Assembly (NCBI GenBank): GCA_963781495.1
Contig: CAWAFX010000002.1
Coordinates: 912,940 to 976,939, forward strand
Reading direction: 5' to 3'
Length of the DNA stretch: 64,000 bases
Source of the DNA: an uncultured Solirubrobacterales bacterium
Lineage (GTDB): Bacteria > Actinomycetota > Thermoleophilia > Solirubrobacterales > 70-9
Of the stretch, positions 36,580 through 47,726 are shown in pieces; positions within the stretch are counted from its first letter, which is position 1, and every line of letters starts with the position of its first letter. The notes below the pieces were generated by a model. That model had not been told where the DNA came from. It searched no databases and saw only the letters and a program-made list of their open reading frames with translations. A program made the translations under genes and the position numbers.

Positions 36580-37677
36580 ATGTTGGAGGTCAGAGGGCTG
36601 CAGCTGCGCGACTTTCGCAGCCTCGAGCGGCTGCAGGTCGAGATCGCCCCCGGCATCACCTCGGTGGTCGGCGCCAACGGCGCCGGCAAGACGAACCTGC
36701 TGGAGGCGGTCTACTTCGCCCTCAGCGGCCGCTCCTTCCGCACCCGCGACCGCCGCGAGCTGATCCGCTTCGGCGAGTCGGTTGCCCGTGCCGAGCTCGA
36801 GGTGCTGCCCGACGAGCGCAGCTCGCACACCCTGCTGGCCTCGGTATCGCGCGCGGAGGGGCGCCGTCACCTGCTCGACGGCCAGGCCGCCGGGCCGGAG
36901 GCGATCGCCCGTCATCGCCCCCATCTGGTCGTCTTCAGCCCCGACCGCCTGGTTCTGGTCAAGGGGCCTCCGGCGGAGCGGCGCGCCCACCTGGACCGCT
37001 TCATCGCGGCCCGCTGGCCTGCTCGCGCGAACCTGCGCCAGGACTATGGCAGGGCGCTGGCGCAGCGCAACGCGCTGCTGCGGCGAGTCGCGGCCGGGCT
37101 CTCCCCGGAGTCCGAGCTGGAGGCCTGGGACGGAACCCTGGCCAGGGCGGCGACGCCGTTGATCGAGGCCCGCGAAGAGGCCGCCGCCGAGCTCGCGCCG
37201 CGCTTCGCCGGCGCCGCCGCCGAGCTTGGCATCGAGCCCGCGGAGCTGCGCTACGCACCCCGCAGCGAGGGCGATCCGGAGGCCCTGCTGGCAGCGCTCG
37301 CCGAGCAGCGCGAGTCAGACCTCGGCCGGGCTCGCACCTCGGCCGGGCCGCACCTCGACGAGCTGCGGATCTCGCTGCGCGAGCGTTCGCTGCGCCGCTA
37401 CGGCTCGCAGGGAGAGCAGCGCGCCGGCCTGCTGGCGCTGCTGTTTGCGGAGCGCGAGACGCTGATCGCCGGCGGCGCCCCGGCACCGCTGCTGCTGCTC
37501 GACGACGTCATGAGCGAGCTCGACCCCGCCCATCGCGATCTGCTCTCGACCCGGATCGCCGCCGCCGGGCAGACCCTGGTCAGCGCCGCCGATGAGCAGA
37601 CGCTGCCGGAGGCCGCGCGGCAGCGGCTGCTGAGGATGCCGGCCGGGACCGCCGCCGGGCTGAAGGCGGTCGCCTGA
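36580..37677 (+). CDS. recF: DNA replication/repair protein RecF
   Basis: 365 aa with Walker A GANGAGKTNLLEA, the signature SQGEQR and Walker B LLLLDDV. Confidence 0.9.
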   Translation: MLEVRGLQLRDFRSLERLQVEIAPGITSVVGANGAGKTNLLEAVYFALSGRSFRTRDRRELIRFGESVARAELEVLPDERSSHTLLASVSRAEGRRHLLDGQAAGPEAIARHRPHLVVFSPDRLVLVKGPPAERRAHLDRFIAARWPARANLRQDYGRALAQRNALLRRVAAGLSPESELEAWDGTLARAATPLIEAREEAAAELAPRFAGAAAELGIEPAELRYAPRSEGDPEALLAALAEQRESDLGRARTSAGPHLDELRISLRERSLRRYGSQGEQRAGLLALLFAERETLIAGGAPAPLLLLDDVMSELDPAHRDLLSTRIAAAGQTLVSAADEQTLPEAARQRLLRMPAGTAAGLKAVA

Positions 37678-37967
37678 TGGGCCGCCGCTCCCCCCGCCCG
37701 GCCGCGATCGCCCTCCGGGAGGCCCTGCAGCGGGGAGCACCGCGGACCGGCCTGGCGGCGGTGCAGACGGTCTGGCCGCAAGTCGTCGGAGAGGCGATCG
37801 CCGCCGCCGCCGAACCGGTCTCGGAGCGCGAAGGGGTGCTCACCGTGGCCTGCGAGAGCGCGACCTGGGCGCAGGAGCTGAGCCTGATGGAGACCGAGCT
37901 GCTGGCGCGCCTCCGGGAGCAGCTCGGAGAGGGGTCTCCACGGTCCCTGAAGGTGCTGGCTGGCTGA
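37677..37967 (+). CDS. DUF721 (DciA-like) protein
   Basis: 96 aa in the conserved recF-gyrB slot, with W..VVG..IA and L.V...S..WAQEL motifs. Its start overlaps the recF stop (TGATG). Confidence 0.75.
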   Translation: MGRRSPRPAAIALREALQRGAPRTGLAAVQTVWPQVVGEAIAAAAEPVSEREGVLTVACESATWAQELSLMETELLARLREQLGEGSPRSLKVLAG

Positions 37968-38026
37968 CCAGCCGAGGGGATCGGGAGCCGACCGCCGCAG
38001 GCCCGGGCGCCAAACCCGCGGTTCAG

Positions 38027-38060
38027 CTGAGCCCCCGCTCAGATTTATTGCGTGTTTTGC
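38027..38060 (+). terminator. intrinsic terminator-like hairpin after the DUF721 gene
   Basis: CTGAGC-CCCC-GCTCAG followed by ATTTATTGCGTGTTTTGC. Confidence 0.5.
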
Positions 38061-38125
38061 AGGGATTTTATGCGATTTGTCCGGTATTTCCGGGGGCCGA
38101 AACTGGTATCCTTATGTCAACTTGA

Positions 38126-40660
<2,535 letters not shown>

Positions 40661-40706
40661 CGCCCGTTCGGTGGACCGGCTTGCGGTTGACGAGGTGATC
40701 GCGTAA

Positions 40707-43268
40707 ATGGCGCTTGAAGCCCTTACCGGGCGCATCGAAGAACGTGAACTAGAGAAGGAGATGCGCTCGTCGTATCTCGATTACGCGATGAGCGTGATCG
40801 TTGGGCGGGCACTGCCGGACGTGCGCGACGGGCTCAAGCCGGTGCACCGCCGGGTCCTCTACGCGATGCATGACCTCGGCCTGCAGCCGACCCGGCCCTA
40901 TCGCAAGTCGGCCTTCGTGGTCGGCGAGGTGATGGGCACCTACCACCCGCACGGCGACCAGGCGATCTACGACACCCTGGTCCGGATGGCGCAGGAGTTC
41001 TCCCTGCGCTACCCACTGGTCGACGGGCAGGGCAACTTCGGCTCGATCGACGACGACCCGGCGGCCGCGATGCGCTACACCGAGGCCCGGCTCGAGCGCC
41101 TGGCGACGGAGATGCTGCGCGACATCGACGCCGACACGGTCGAGTTCGGTCCCAACTACGACGAATCTCAGCGCGAGCCGCTCGTCCTGCCTTCCCGTTT
41201 CCCGAACCTGCTTGTCAACGGCGCGGCGGGGATTGCGGTCGGGATGGCGACCAACATCCCGCCTCACAACCTGCGCGAGGTGATCGCCGCGACGACCGCC
41301 TACATCGAGGACCCGGAGATCGACCTCGCGGGCCTGATGGAGCACATCAAGGGCCCCGACTTCCCCGGCGGCGGGCTGATGAGCGCGGCGGGGATACGCG
41401 ACGCTTACGCCTCGGGTCGCGGCAGCGTCAAGATCCGCGCCCGCGCCCATGTCGAGCCCCTGAAGGGCGGCAAGGAGGCGATCATCGTCACCGAGCTGCC
41501 GTTCATGGTCAAGAAGGGCGGCGACAACGGCCTGATCACCAAGATCGCCGACCTCGTGCGCGAGAAGAAGCTGGTTGGGATCTCCGACCTGCGTGACGAG
41601 TCCGACCGCAGCGGCATGCGGCTGGTGATCGAGCTCAAGCGCGGCGGCCCGCCCGCCAAGGTCGTTCTCAACAACCTCTACAAGAAGACGGCGATGCAGT
41701 CGTCGTTCGGCGTCAACATGGTGGCGCTGGTCGACAACGTCCCGCGCACCCTCGGCCTGCGGGAGCTGATCCAGCACTACGTCGACCACCAGCGCGAGGT
41801 GGTCACACGGCGCACCCAGTACGAGCTGCGCCGCGCCGAGGCCCGGGCCCACATCCTCGAGGGGCTGCTGATCGCGCTCGACCACCTCGATGCGGTGATC
41901 AAGCTGATCCGCGCCTCGGAGGATCCCGACGCCGCCCGCGACGGCCTGATCGATAAGTTCGAGCTCTCGCGCGAGCAGGCGCAGGCGATCCTCGACATGC
42001 GCCTGCAGCGCCTCACCGCCCTGGAGTCCGACAAGGTCCGCTCCGAGCACGCCGATCTGATGGAGCGGATCGGCGAGCTGCGGGCGATCCTCGCCGACGA
42101 GGCGAGGGTGCTGGGGCTGGTCAAGGAGGAGCTGAGCGAGGTCGTCGAGTCCTACGGCGACGAGCGGCGAACCGAGATCACCCACTTCGAGGGCGACATG
42201 GGCATCGAGGACATGATCGCCGACCAGCAGATGGTCGTATCGCTGACCGCGTCCGGCTACGTCAAGCGGCTGCCCCTTGCCACCTACCGCCAGCAGCATC
42301 GCGGCGGCCGCGGGGTGATGGGGATGAACATGAAGGAGGGCGACTACATCGAACACCTGCACATCTGCTCGACCCACGACTTCATGCTCTTCTTCACCAA
42401 CCTCGGCAAGGTCTATCGCAGCAAGGTCTACGAGCTTCCCGAGGGGTCGCGGACCTCGAAGGGCAGCGCCCTGGTCAACGTCCTGCCGCTCGCCGAGGGC
42501 GAGAAGGTCATGGCGGTGATCCCGACCCGCGACTTCAAGGAGGAGAAGTACCTCGTCTGCGCGACCGCCAAGGGGCAGGTCAAGAAGACCGAGTTCATCG
42601 CCTACAACACTCCGATCCGCGCCGACGGGATCATCGCGATCAAGATCCGCAAGGGCGATGAGCTGGTCCAGGTGCGGCTGACCAGCGGCAAGAACGATCT
42701 GCTGCTGGTCTCCAAGTCCGGCCATGCCTCCCGCTTCCGCGAGGAGCTGGTGCGGCCGATGGGACGCGGCGCTGGCGGAGTCAAGGGCATGAACGTCGCC
42801 GACAAGGGCAACCGGGTGTTGGCGATGGACGTCGTCCATGACGACACCGAGCTCTTCGTCGTGACCGAAAACGGCTACGGCAAGCGGACGCCGGTCGCCG
42901 ATTATCCGGTCAAGGGGCGCGGCACCAAGGGCGTGCTGACGATCAAGCTGACCGAGAAGAAGGGCGGCCTGGCCGGGGCGCTGATCGTGCGCGAGCACCA
43001 GGAGCTGCTGTTCATCTCCCAGACCGGGATGGTGCAGCGCAACGCCGCCGCCGGGATCTCGCTGATGGGCCGGGCGACCCAGGGCGTGCGGGTGATGAAC
43101 ATGAAGTCCGACGACCGGGTCAGCGCCGTGGCGCTGGTTGTCGAGTCAAGCGAGGGCGAGGCGAGCGACGGCGACGCGGGAGCCGGCGATACGACGGTCG
43201 ACGCCTCCGTTGACGAAGCTTCGAGTGACGGTGCCTCGAGCGACGGCGCGAGCGCCTCGACCGAATAG
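40707..43268 (+). CDS. gyrA: DNA gyrase subunit A
   Basis: 853 aa with the active-site region [10 protein letters not shown] and GyrA-box beta-pinwheel repeats. It has an acidic Ser/Asp/Gly-rich tail. Confidence 0.95.
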   Translation: MALEALTGRIEERELEKEMRSSYLDYAMSVIVGRALPDVRDGLKPVHRRVLYAMHDLGLQPTRPYRKSAFVVGEVMGTYHPHGDQAIYDTLVRMAQEFSLRYPLVDGQGNFGSIDDDPAAAMRYTEARLERLATEMLRDIDADTVEFGPNYDESQREPLVLPSRFPNLLVNGAAGIAVGMATNIPPHNLREVIAATTAYIEDPEIDLAGLMEHIKGPDFPGGGLMSAAGIRDAYASGRGSVKIRARAHVEPLKGGKEAIIVTELPFMVKKGGDNGLITKIADLVREKKLVGISDLRDESDRSGMRLVIELKRGGPPAKVVLNNLYKKTAMQSSFGVNMVALVDNVPRTLGLRELIQHYVDHQREVVTRRTQYELRRAEARAHILEGLLIALDHLDAVIKLIRASEDPDAARDGLIDKFELSREQAQAILDMRLQRLTALESDKVRSEHADLMERIGELRAILADEARVLGLVKEELSEVVESYGDERRTEITHFEGDMGIEDMIADQQMVVSLTASGYVKRLPLATYRQQHRGGRGVMGMNMKEGDYIEHLHICSTHDFMLFFTNLGKVYRSKVYELPEGSRTSKGSALVNVLPLAEGEKVMAVIPTRDFKEEKYLVCATAKGQVKKTEFIAYNTPIRADGIIAIKIRKGDELVQVRLTSGKNDLLLVSKSGHASRFREELVRPMGRGAGGVKGMNVADKGNRVLAMDVVHDDTELFVVTENGYGKRTPVADYPVKGRGTKGVLTIKLTEKKGGLAGALIVREHQELLFISQTGMVQRNAAAGISLMGRATQGVRVMNMKSDDRVSAVALVVESSEGEASDGDAGAGDTTVDASVDEASSDGASSDGASASTE

Positions 43269-43290
43269 CGTCGTCGAATAGGCTCCCGCC

Positions 43291-44155
43291 GTGGAGCAGC
43301 TGCGCGGCCGCAATGCCCTTTTGACCGGTGCTGCCGGCGGCATCGGCGGCTACATCGCGCGCGCCCTGGCCGCCGAGGAGGTCAACCTTGTCCTCTCCGA
43401 TCTGCCGGAGGCGCCGCTCGACGACCTCCTGACCGAGCTGCGCGACTCCGGCGTTACGGTCGAGGTCGGTTCCGGCGAACCTCGGCGATCGCGACGAGGC
43501 CGATGGCCTGATTGCCCGGGCCGAGGAGTCGCTGGGCCCGATCGACATCCTCGTCAACAATGCCGGGCTGGAGTTCGGGGGGCCCTACCTGGAGCGGTCC
43601 AGTGAGGAGATCACCGCTCTGATCGAGGTCAACCTGATCGCGACGATGCTGCTGACCCGCGCGGCAATGCCGGGGATGCTCGAGCGCGGCCGCGGCCACG
43701 TCGTCAACCTCGCCTCCGTAGCCGGCAAGTTGCCGGCCCGCTCGCTGGCCGCTTACGCGGCCTCCAAGCACGGCGTGATCGGCTTCACCCACACCCTGCG
43801 GGCCGAGTACGGCGACACCCCCGTCGGCTTCTCCTCGATCTGCCCCGGCTTCGTGGCCAGAGTCGGGATGTACGGCCGGATCAGCCAGGGGGCCGATCCG
43901 CCGCCGCCGCTGCGGCCGGTCCAGCCCGAGCAGGTCGCCACCGCGGTGGTCAGGGCGATTCGCGAGGACCGGGCCCAGACGATCGTCAACGGGCGCGGGA
44001 TCTGGCCGCTGGTCGTGCTCGCGGCGACCGCCCCGGGGCTGCTGGCGAAGCTGAGCCGCAACCGCCGCGCCGACCGGTTCTCAGAGGACTTCAGCCGCGC
44101 CAAGGAGGCGGCTCCGGAGACGATCGCGGAGCAGCGGGTTCACGCGCCTGACTGA
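43291..44155 (+). pseudogene. short-chain dehydrogenase/reductase interrupted by an apparent +1 frameshift near 43468
   Basis: The N-terminal TGAAGGIG Rossmann part is in frame 1 (43291..). The continuation ANLGDRDEADGLI..DILVNNAG..SVAGK..YAASK is in frame 2. Removing one G of the GG at 43468-43469 restores ...TVEVVPANLGD... Confidence 0.7.
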
Positions 44156-44417
44156 GCCGTTTGCTTCAATGGGATCACCGGAGAAAGGAGGTGGTCCTAA
44201 CTTGAATCACATGTTTTCTGGGACGCTGGAGGTGCAGGGCCGCTAGGCCGTACTGACCGGCGCTGTGGCGCCGGTGCAGGCAGACCAAACGGCTGACGCC
44301 GTCCGGTCTGTGCGGGTGGCCCGGCGGAATTCAACCCGGGCACCGGCGACGATGGGAGCTTGGGAGCACGTCCCGCCCGATCGCATTTCCCTGACCCGCT
44401 CTTGTCCCGCACCTTGC

Positions 44418-44446
44418 GAAGGGCCGCCCTAAACCGGCGGCCCTTC
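44418..44446. terminator. 11-bp perfect GC-rich hairpin between convergent transcription units
   Basis: GAAGGGCCGCC-ctaaacc-GGCGGCCCTTC, 29 nt downstream of the HNH gene stop. There is no clear U-tract on either strand. Confidence 0.5.
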
Positions 44447-44474
44447 GTCGTTGAAGGTGAACTCGACAGGCAGG

Positions 44475-45098
44475 CTAGGCAGGCGCCAGATAGGGCTGCC
44501 AGGCGCGGGGGATCGTCGGGCTGGCGATGCGGATGAAAACCGTCGGCCCCGGGGCGCGGGGCTTGGTCCGCGGGTGCATCTTGATCTCGCGCGGCAGGTG
44601 GCTTCCCTTGCGGCGGTTGCAGGTCGCGCAGGAGGCGACGATGTTGTCCCAGACCGACTTGCCACCACGGCTGCGCGGGATCACGTGGTCGACAGTCAGA
44701 CCCGGCTTGCGCGAGCCGCAGTACTGGCAGGTCCAGGCGTCGCGGGCGAGCACCGCCTTGCGGGTGATCTTGCGCCCGTGGGCGTCGCGGGGGATCCTCA
44801 CGAAGCTGATCAGCCGGATCACCGTCGGGCGGTCGAGGTTGAGCCGCTCAGAACGAAGCGGGCGCTCGGCCCGCTCCATCAAGACCGCCTTTTCCTTCAG
44901 CACAAGTACAGCCGCGCGACGGACGGTGCAGACGTTGATCGGTTCGAAGGTCGCGTTGAGGACCAGGACCCGCCCCTTGCCGGGGAGGCTGGGCCGGTGT
45001 CCGTTGCCAGACCCGTTGCCGTTCGCGCTTGCACCGTTATCGGGGGGGCCTCCGTTGGCGGCCCGCCTGCCGGCAGCCAAGGCGCGATGACTAGCCAT
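44475..45098 (-). CDS. HNH endonuclease
   Basis: 207 aa from MASHRAL. It has CQYCG...LTVDHVIPRSRGG...WDNIVASCATCNRRK (the HNH/zinc motif). Confidence 0.8.
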   Translation of the reverse strand: MASHRALAAGRRAANGGPPDNGASANGNGSGNGHRPSLPGKGRVLVLNATFEPINVCTVRRAAVLVLKEKAVLMERAERPLRSERLNLDRPTVIRLISFVRIPRDAHGRKITRKAVLARDAWTCQYCGSRKPGLTVDHVIPRSRGGKSVWDNIVASCATCNRRKGSHLPREIKMHPRTKPRAPGPTVFIRIASPTIPRAWQPYLAPA

Positions 45099-45129
45099 GG
45101 TGGCGCCGGATTCTAGAGGGTGGCGGCGC

Positions 45130-45969
45130 TCAGCCCGTCGGGTAGGAGCCGAGCAGGCGGACCGACTCGGCCTTTTCCCGCAGGCCCTCGATCGCCTCCG
45201 CGACATGAGCATCGCTTGCGCGCCCCTCGAGGTCGATGAAGAACATGTAGCGGCCGAGGCCGAGGCGGCGCGGCCGCGACTCGATCCGGGTCAGGTTGAT
45301 CTCGCGGCGCGAGAACTCGAGCAGGGCCTCGACCAGCGCTCCCGGGTGGTCCTCGCCGAGCTCGGAGAAGACCAGCGAGGTGCGCCAGGGCCCCTGCCCC
45401 TCGGGCTCGGTGCCGTGCGGAGCGATCCAGACGAAGCGGGTGACGTTCTCGTCTGAGTCCTCGACCCCTTCGCGAAGGACCACGCAGCCGTAGAGCTCGG
45501 CCGCGGCCTGGGCGCCGAGCGCCGCCCAGGGCTCCTCGCTCTCGCTGATCGTCCGCACCGCCTCGGCGGTGCTGGGGGCCGCCCGCACCTCGGCCCCGGA
45601 CAGCTCGCGGCGCAGAAAACCCGTGCACTGGGCGGCCGCCTGGGGATGCGAGAGGACGGTGCTGATCTCGGAGGTGGCCAGCTCGCGGCGGCCGATCAGG
45701 CTGATCCGGATCGGATAGTCGAACTCGCCCACGATCGTCACCGACTCCGCCTCCAGCGCCAGGGTGTCGAGGGTGGTGCGGACCGCACCCTCGATCGAGT
45801 TCTCGAACGGCACCAGCGCCCGGTCGGCCTCGCCGCGCTCGACGGCGAGGATCGCGTCATGGATCGTCCCGGTCGCCAGGGGCTCGAACTCGGCCCCCCG
45901 GCTCGCCCGTGCCAGCGCGTCCTCGGTGAAGGTCCCGGCCGGCCCCAGATATGCGATCCGCGGGCTCAT
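45130..45969 (-). CDS. pheA: prephenate dehydratase
   Basis: 279 aa with IAYLGPAGTFTE, VPFENSIEG and TRF motifs and a C-terminal ACT domain (ESRP). Confidence 0.9.
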   Translation of the reverse strand: MSPRIAYLGPAGTFTEDALARASRGAEFEPLATGTIHDAILAVERGEADRALVPFENSIEGAVRTTLDTLALEAESVTIVGEFDYPIRISLIGRRELATSEISTVLSHPQAAAQCTGFLRRELSGAEVRAAPSTAEAVRTISESEEPWAALGAQAAAELYGCVVLREGVEDSDENVTRFVWIAPHGTEPEGQGPWRTSLVFSELGEDHPGALVEALLEFSRREINLTRIESRPRRLGLGRYMFFIDLEGRASDAHVAEAIEGLREKAESVRLLGSYPTG

Positions 45970-45991
45970 CGCCGGAACCGCCCGCCCACGC

Positions 45992-46483
45992 TCATTTGCG
46001 CATCGCGGCTTCCAGCGCCTCCTTCTCCTCCGGCGAGAGATCGAATTCGGACTGGCCGCCGTCGATCGGCTTCACGTAGAGCCGAGCCTGCTCGCGGTGC
46101 AGGATCGAAGAGAGGATGACCCCGGTGCCATGCGAGTCCAGCAGCGCCACCGAGCTCGACTGGCGACCGGTCATCTCTCCCATCGCGTCGTAGCGGACGA
46201 CGCCGAGTTGGGTGATCGCACCCTGCAGGCGACGGTCGAGGTCGGCGTCGGTGCCCTGAAGGCTGGTGACCGAACTGCTGACCTCCTGTCCGAGGGTGCC
46301 GAGTCGTCGCTCGAGGTCGGTCGCGTGCTCGAGCAGGGTGCGCTGGCCGCTCTCGCCGCCGATCGTCTGCTGGGCGGTGCGCAGCCGCCGCAGCCGCCGC
46401 GCGAGCACGGCGCAGATCAACAGCGCGACGGCTGCCAGCGCCGCCGCGCCTATCGCGATCGCAGCTGCCGTGTCGGAGCTCAC
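45992..46483 (-). CDS. DUF4446-like membrane-anchored protein
   Basis: 163 aa with an N-terminal TM. VVRYDAMGEMTGRQSSSVALLD and GVILSSI resemble the DUF4446 family. Confidence 0.65.
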   Translation of the reverse strand: MSSDTAAAIAIGAAALAAVALLICAVLARRLRRLRTAQQTIGGESGQRTLLEHATDLERRLGTLGQEVSSSVTSLQGTDADLDRRLQGAITQLGVVRYDAMGEMTGRQSSSVALLDSHGTGVILSSILHREQARLYVKPIDGGQSEFDLSPEEKEALEAAMRK

Positions 46484-46506
46484 GGCGGGCAGGATAGTCC
46501 CGCCGG

Positions 46507-47589
46507 CTAACCGAAGGTGACGGTGTAGCTGGCCTTGTTGTTGTCGGTGACCTGCTCCCCGGCCACCGGCTTAACCTCGACCTTGAGGGTCGCCTGTCCC
46601 TTCGGGGCGGGGGTGATCGGGATCTTCACCGTCTGCGTCTCGCCGGCTCCGATCGAGGAGATCGACTGGTCGATCGGCTGGCCGCCGTCGACGGTGACCG
46701 AGACCGTGACCCCGGTCTCGGTGCTGTCGCCCTGGTTCTGAACCTGGACGTCGAGCTCGGGGCTGCCGCCGGCCGAGACGGTGACCGGGGAGCTGGTGGA
46801 GAGCGTCTGTCCGGCGAGGCTGGTCTGGATCAGGCCAAGCCCGTGGATGCCGGGCGTGGCGCTGGTCGACGAGGAGCCGCTGACCTGGGATATGGAGTCA
46901 TCGATCTTGGTCGGGTCGAGCCAGCTGTCGTCGGGCAGGAACTTGCTGTCCGGGATCTTGACGTCGTTGATCCCGTTCGCCTTCAGGGCGTCCTGCATCT
47001 CGGGCTGGGCGACCTGGCGATAGAGGACGTCACTCGCCAGCATCGCCTTCATCTGGAAGGCGATCTTGTTCAACGCCTGCTGGCGCCCCTCGTTGCCGAG
47101 CGCGGTGGAGATCGAGTTGGAGACGTTGGTCAGCGCGTTGCGGCGCAACTGGATGACCAGCTTGAAGCTCTGCTGCGCCGAGCCCATGTCGCCGGGGGTG
47201 TCCAGCGCTTTGGTGCGCTGGAGGAGGCTTTCCAGCGCGCTGCGGTCGGCGGCGATGTCGTTGGTGTACTCGGTGACGCTCAGCGAGCCCGGGTTCTCCA
47301 GCTGCTTGAAGAAGGAGGTGCTGGTCTGCTGGCTGGCGTCGACGATCTCGGTCACGTTGCGGGCGTAGTCCTTCAGCGCCCGCTCCTTGCGCGCGTTGAG
47401 GCAGCCCTTGACACCGAGGACGAGGAGGACCAGCAGCAGCAGCCCGCCCGCCGCGGCGAGCGCCCGCCGCAACATGATCTGCTGGCGCTGCGGTCGCGGA
47501 GGTCGTCGACCGCGGCGGCTTCGCGGGGGGTCTGGCGGGGTTCTGTGAGTTGTGGTCGGGGCCGGAGGATCCTCGTCGAAGAACTCCAA
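46507..47589 (-). CDS. single-pass membrane protein with C-terminal CARDB-like Ig domain
   Basis: A TTG start at 47589 lies 7 nt after GGGAGA and encodes (M)EFFDEDPP. It has a basic cytoplasmic tail, a TM and a C-terminal LDVQVQNQGDSTETGVTVSVTV...VTDNN motif typical of CARDB. Confidence 0.6.
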   Translation of the reverse strand: MEFFDEDPPAPTTTHRTPPDPPRSRRGRRPPRPQRQQIMLRRALAAAGGLLLLVLLVLGVKGCLNARKERALKDYARNVTEIVDASQQTSTSFFKQLENPGSLSVTEYTNDIAADRSALESLLQRTKALDTPGDMGSAQQSFKLVIQLRRNALTNVSNSISTALGNEGRQQALNKIAFQMKAMLASDVLYRQVAQPEMQDALKANGINDVKIPDSKFLPDDSWLDPTKIDDSISQVSGSSSTSATPGIHGLGLIQTSLAGQTLSTSSPVTVSAGGSPELDVQVQNQGDSTETGVTVSVTVDGGQPIDQSISSIGAGETQTVKIPITPAPKGQATLKVEVKPVAGEQVTDNNKASYTVTFG

Positions 47590-47726
47590 GCGCGAATCTC
47601 CCAAGTCGGTTGGCTGGCGAGAGTATGGCGCCCCGGCCCGGCGGCACGCAGGAAACGTTGCGCGCGCCGGCTCGATCGCGCCGCAAGTGCAGGATCGACG
47701 ACCGGGGCCCCGAAGGCAAAGAAGCG

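Noticed and set aside
44197-44412. 71-aa minus-strand ORF in the gene-free region downstream of the gyrA-SDR genes.
   Set aside because: It is Pro/Ser/Ala/Arg-rich, has no RBS and overlaps the hairpin series. It is more likely non-coding.
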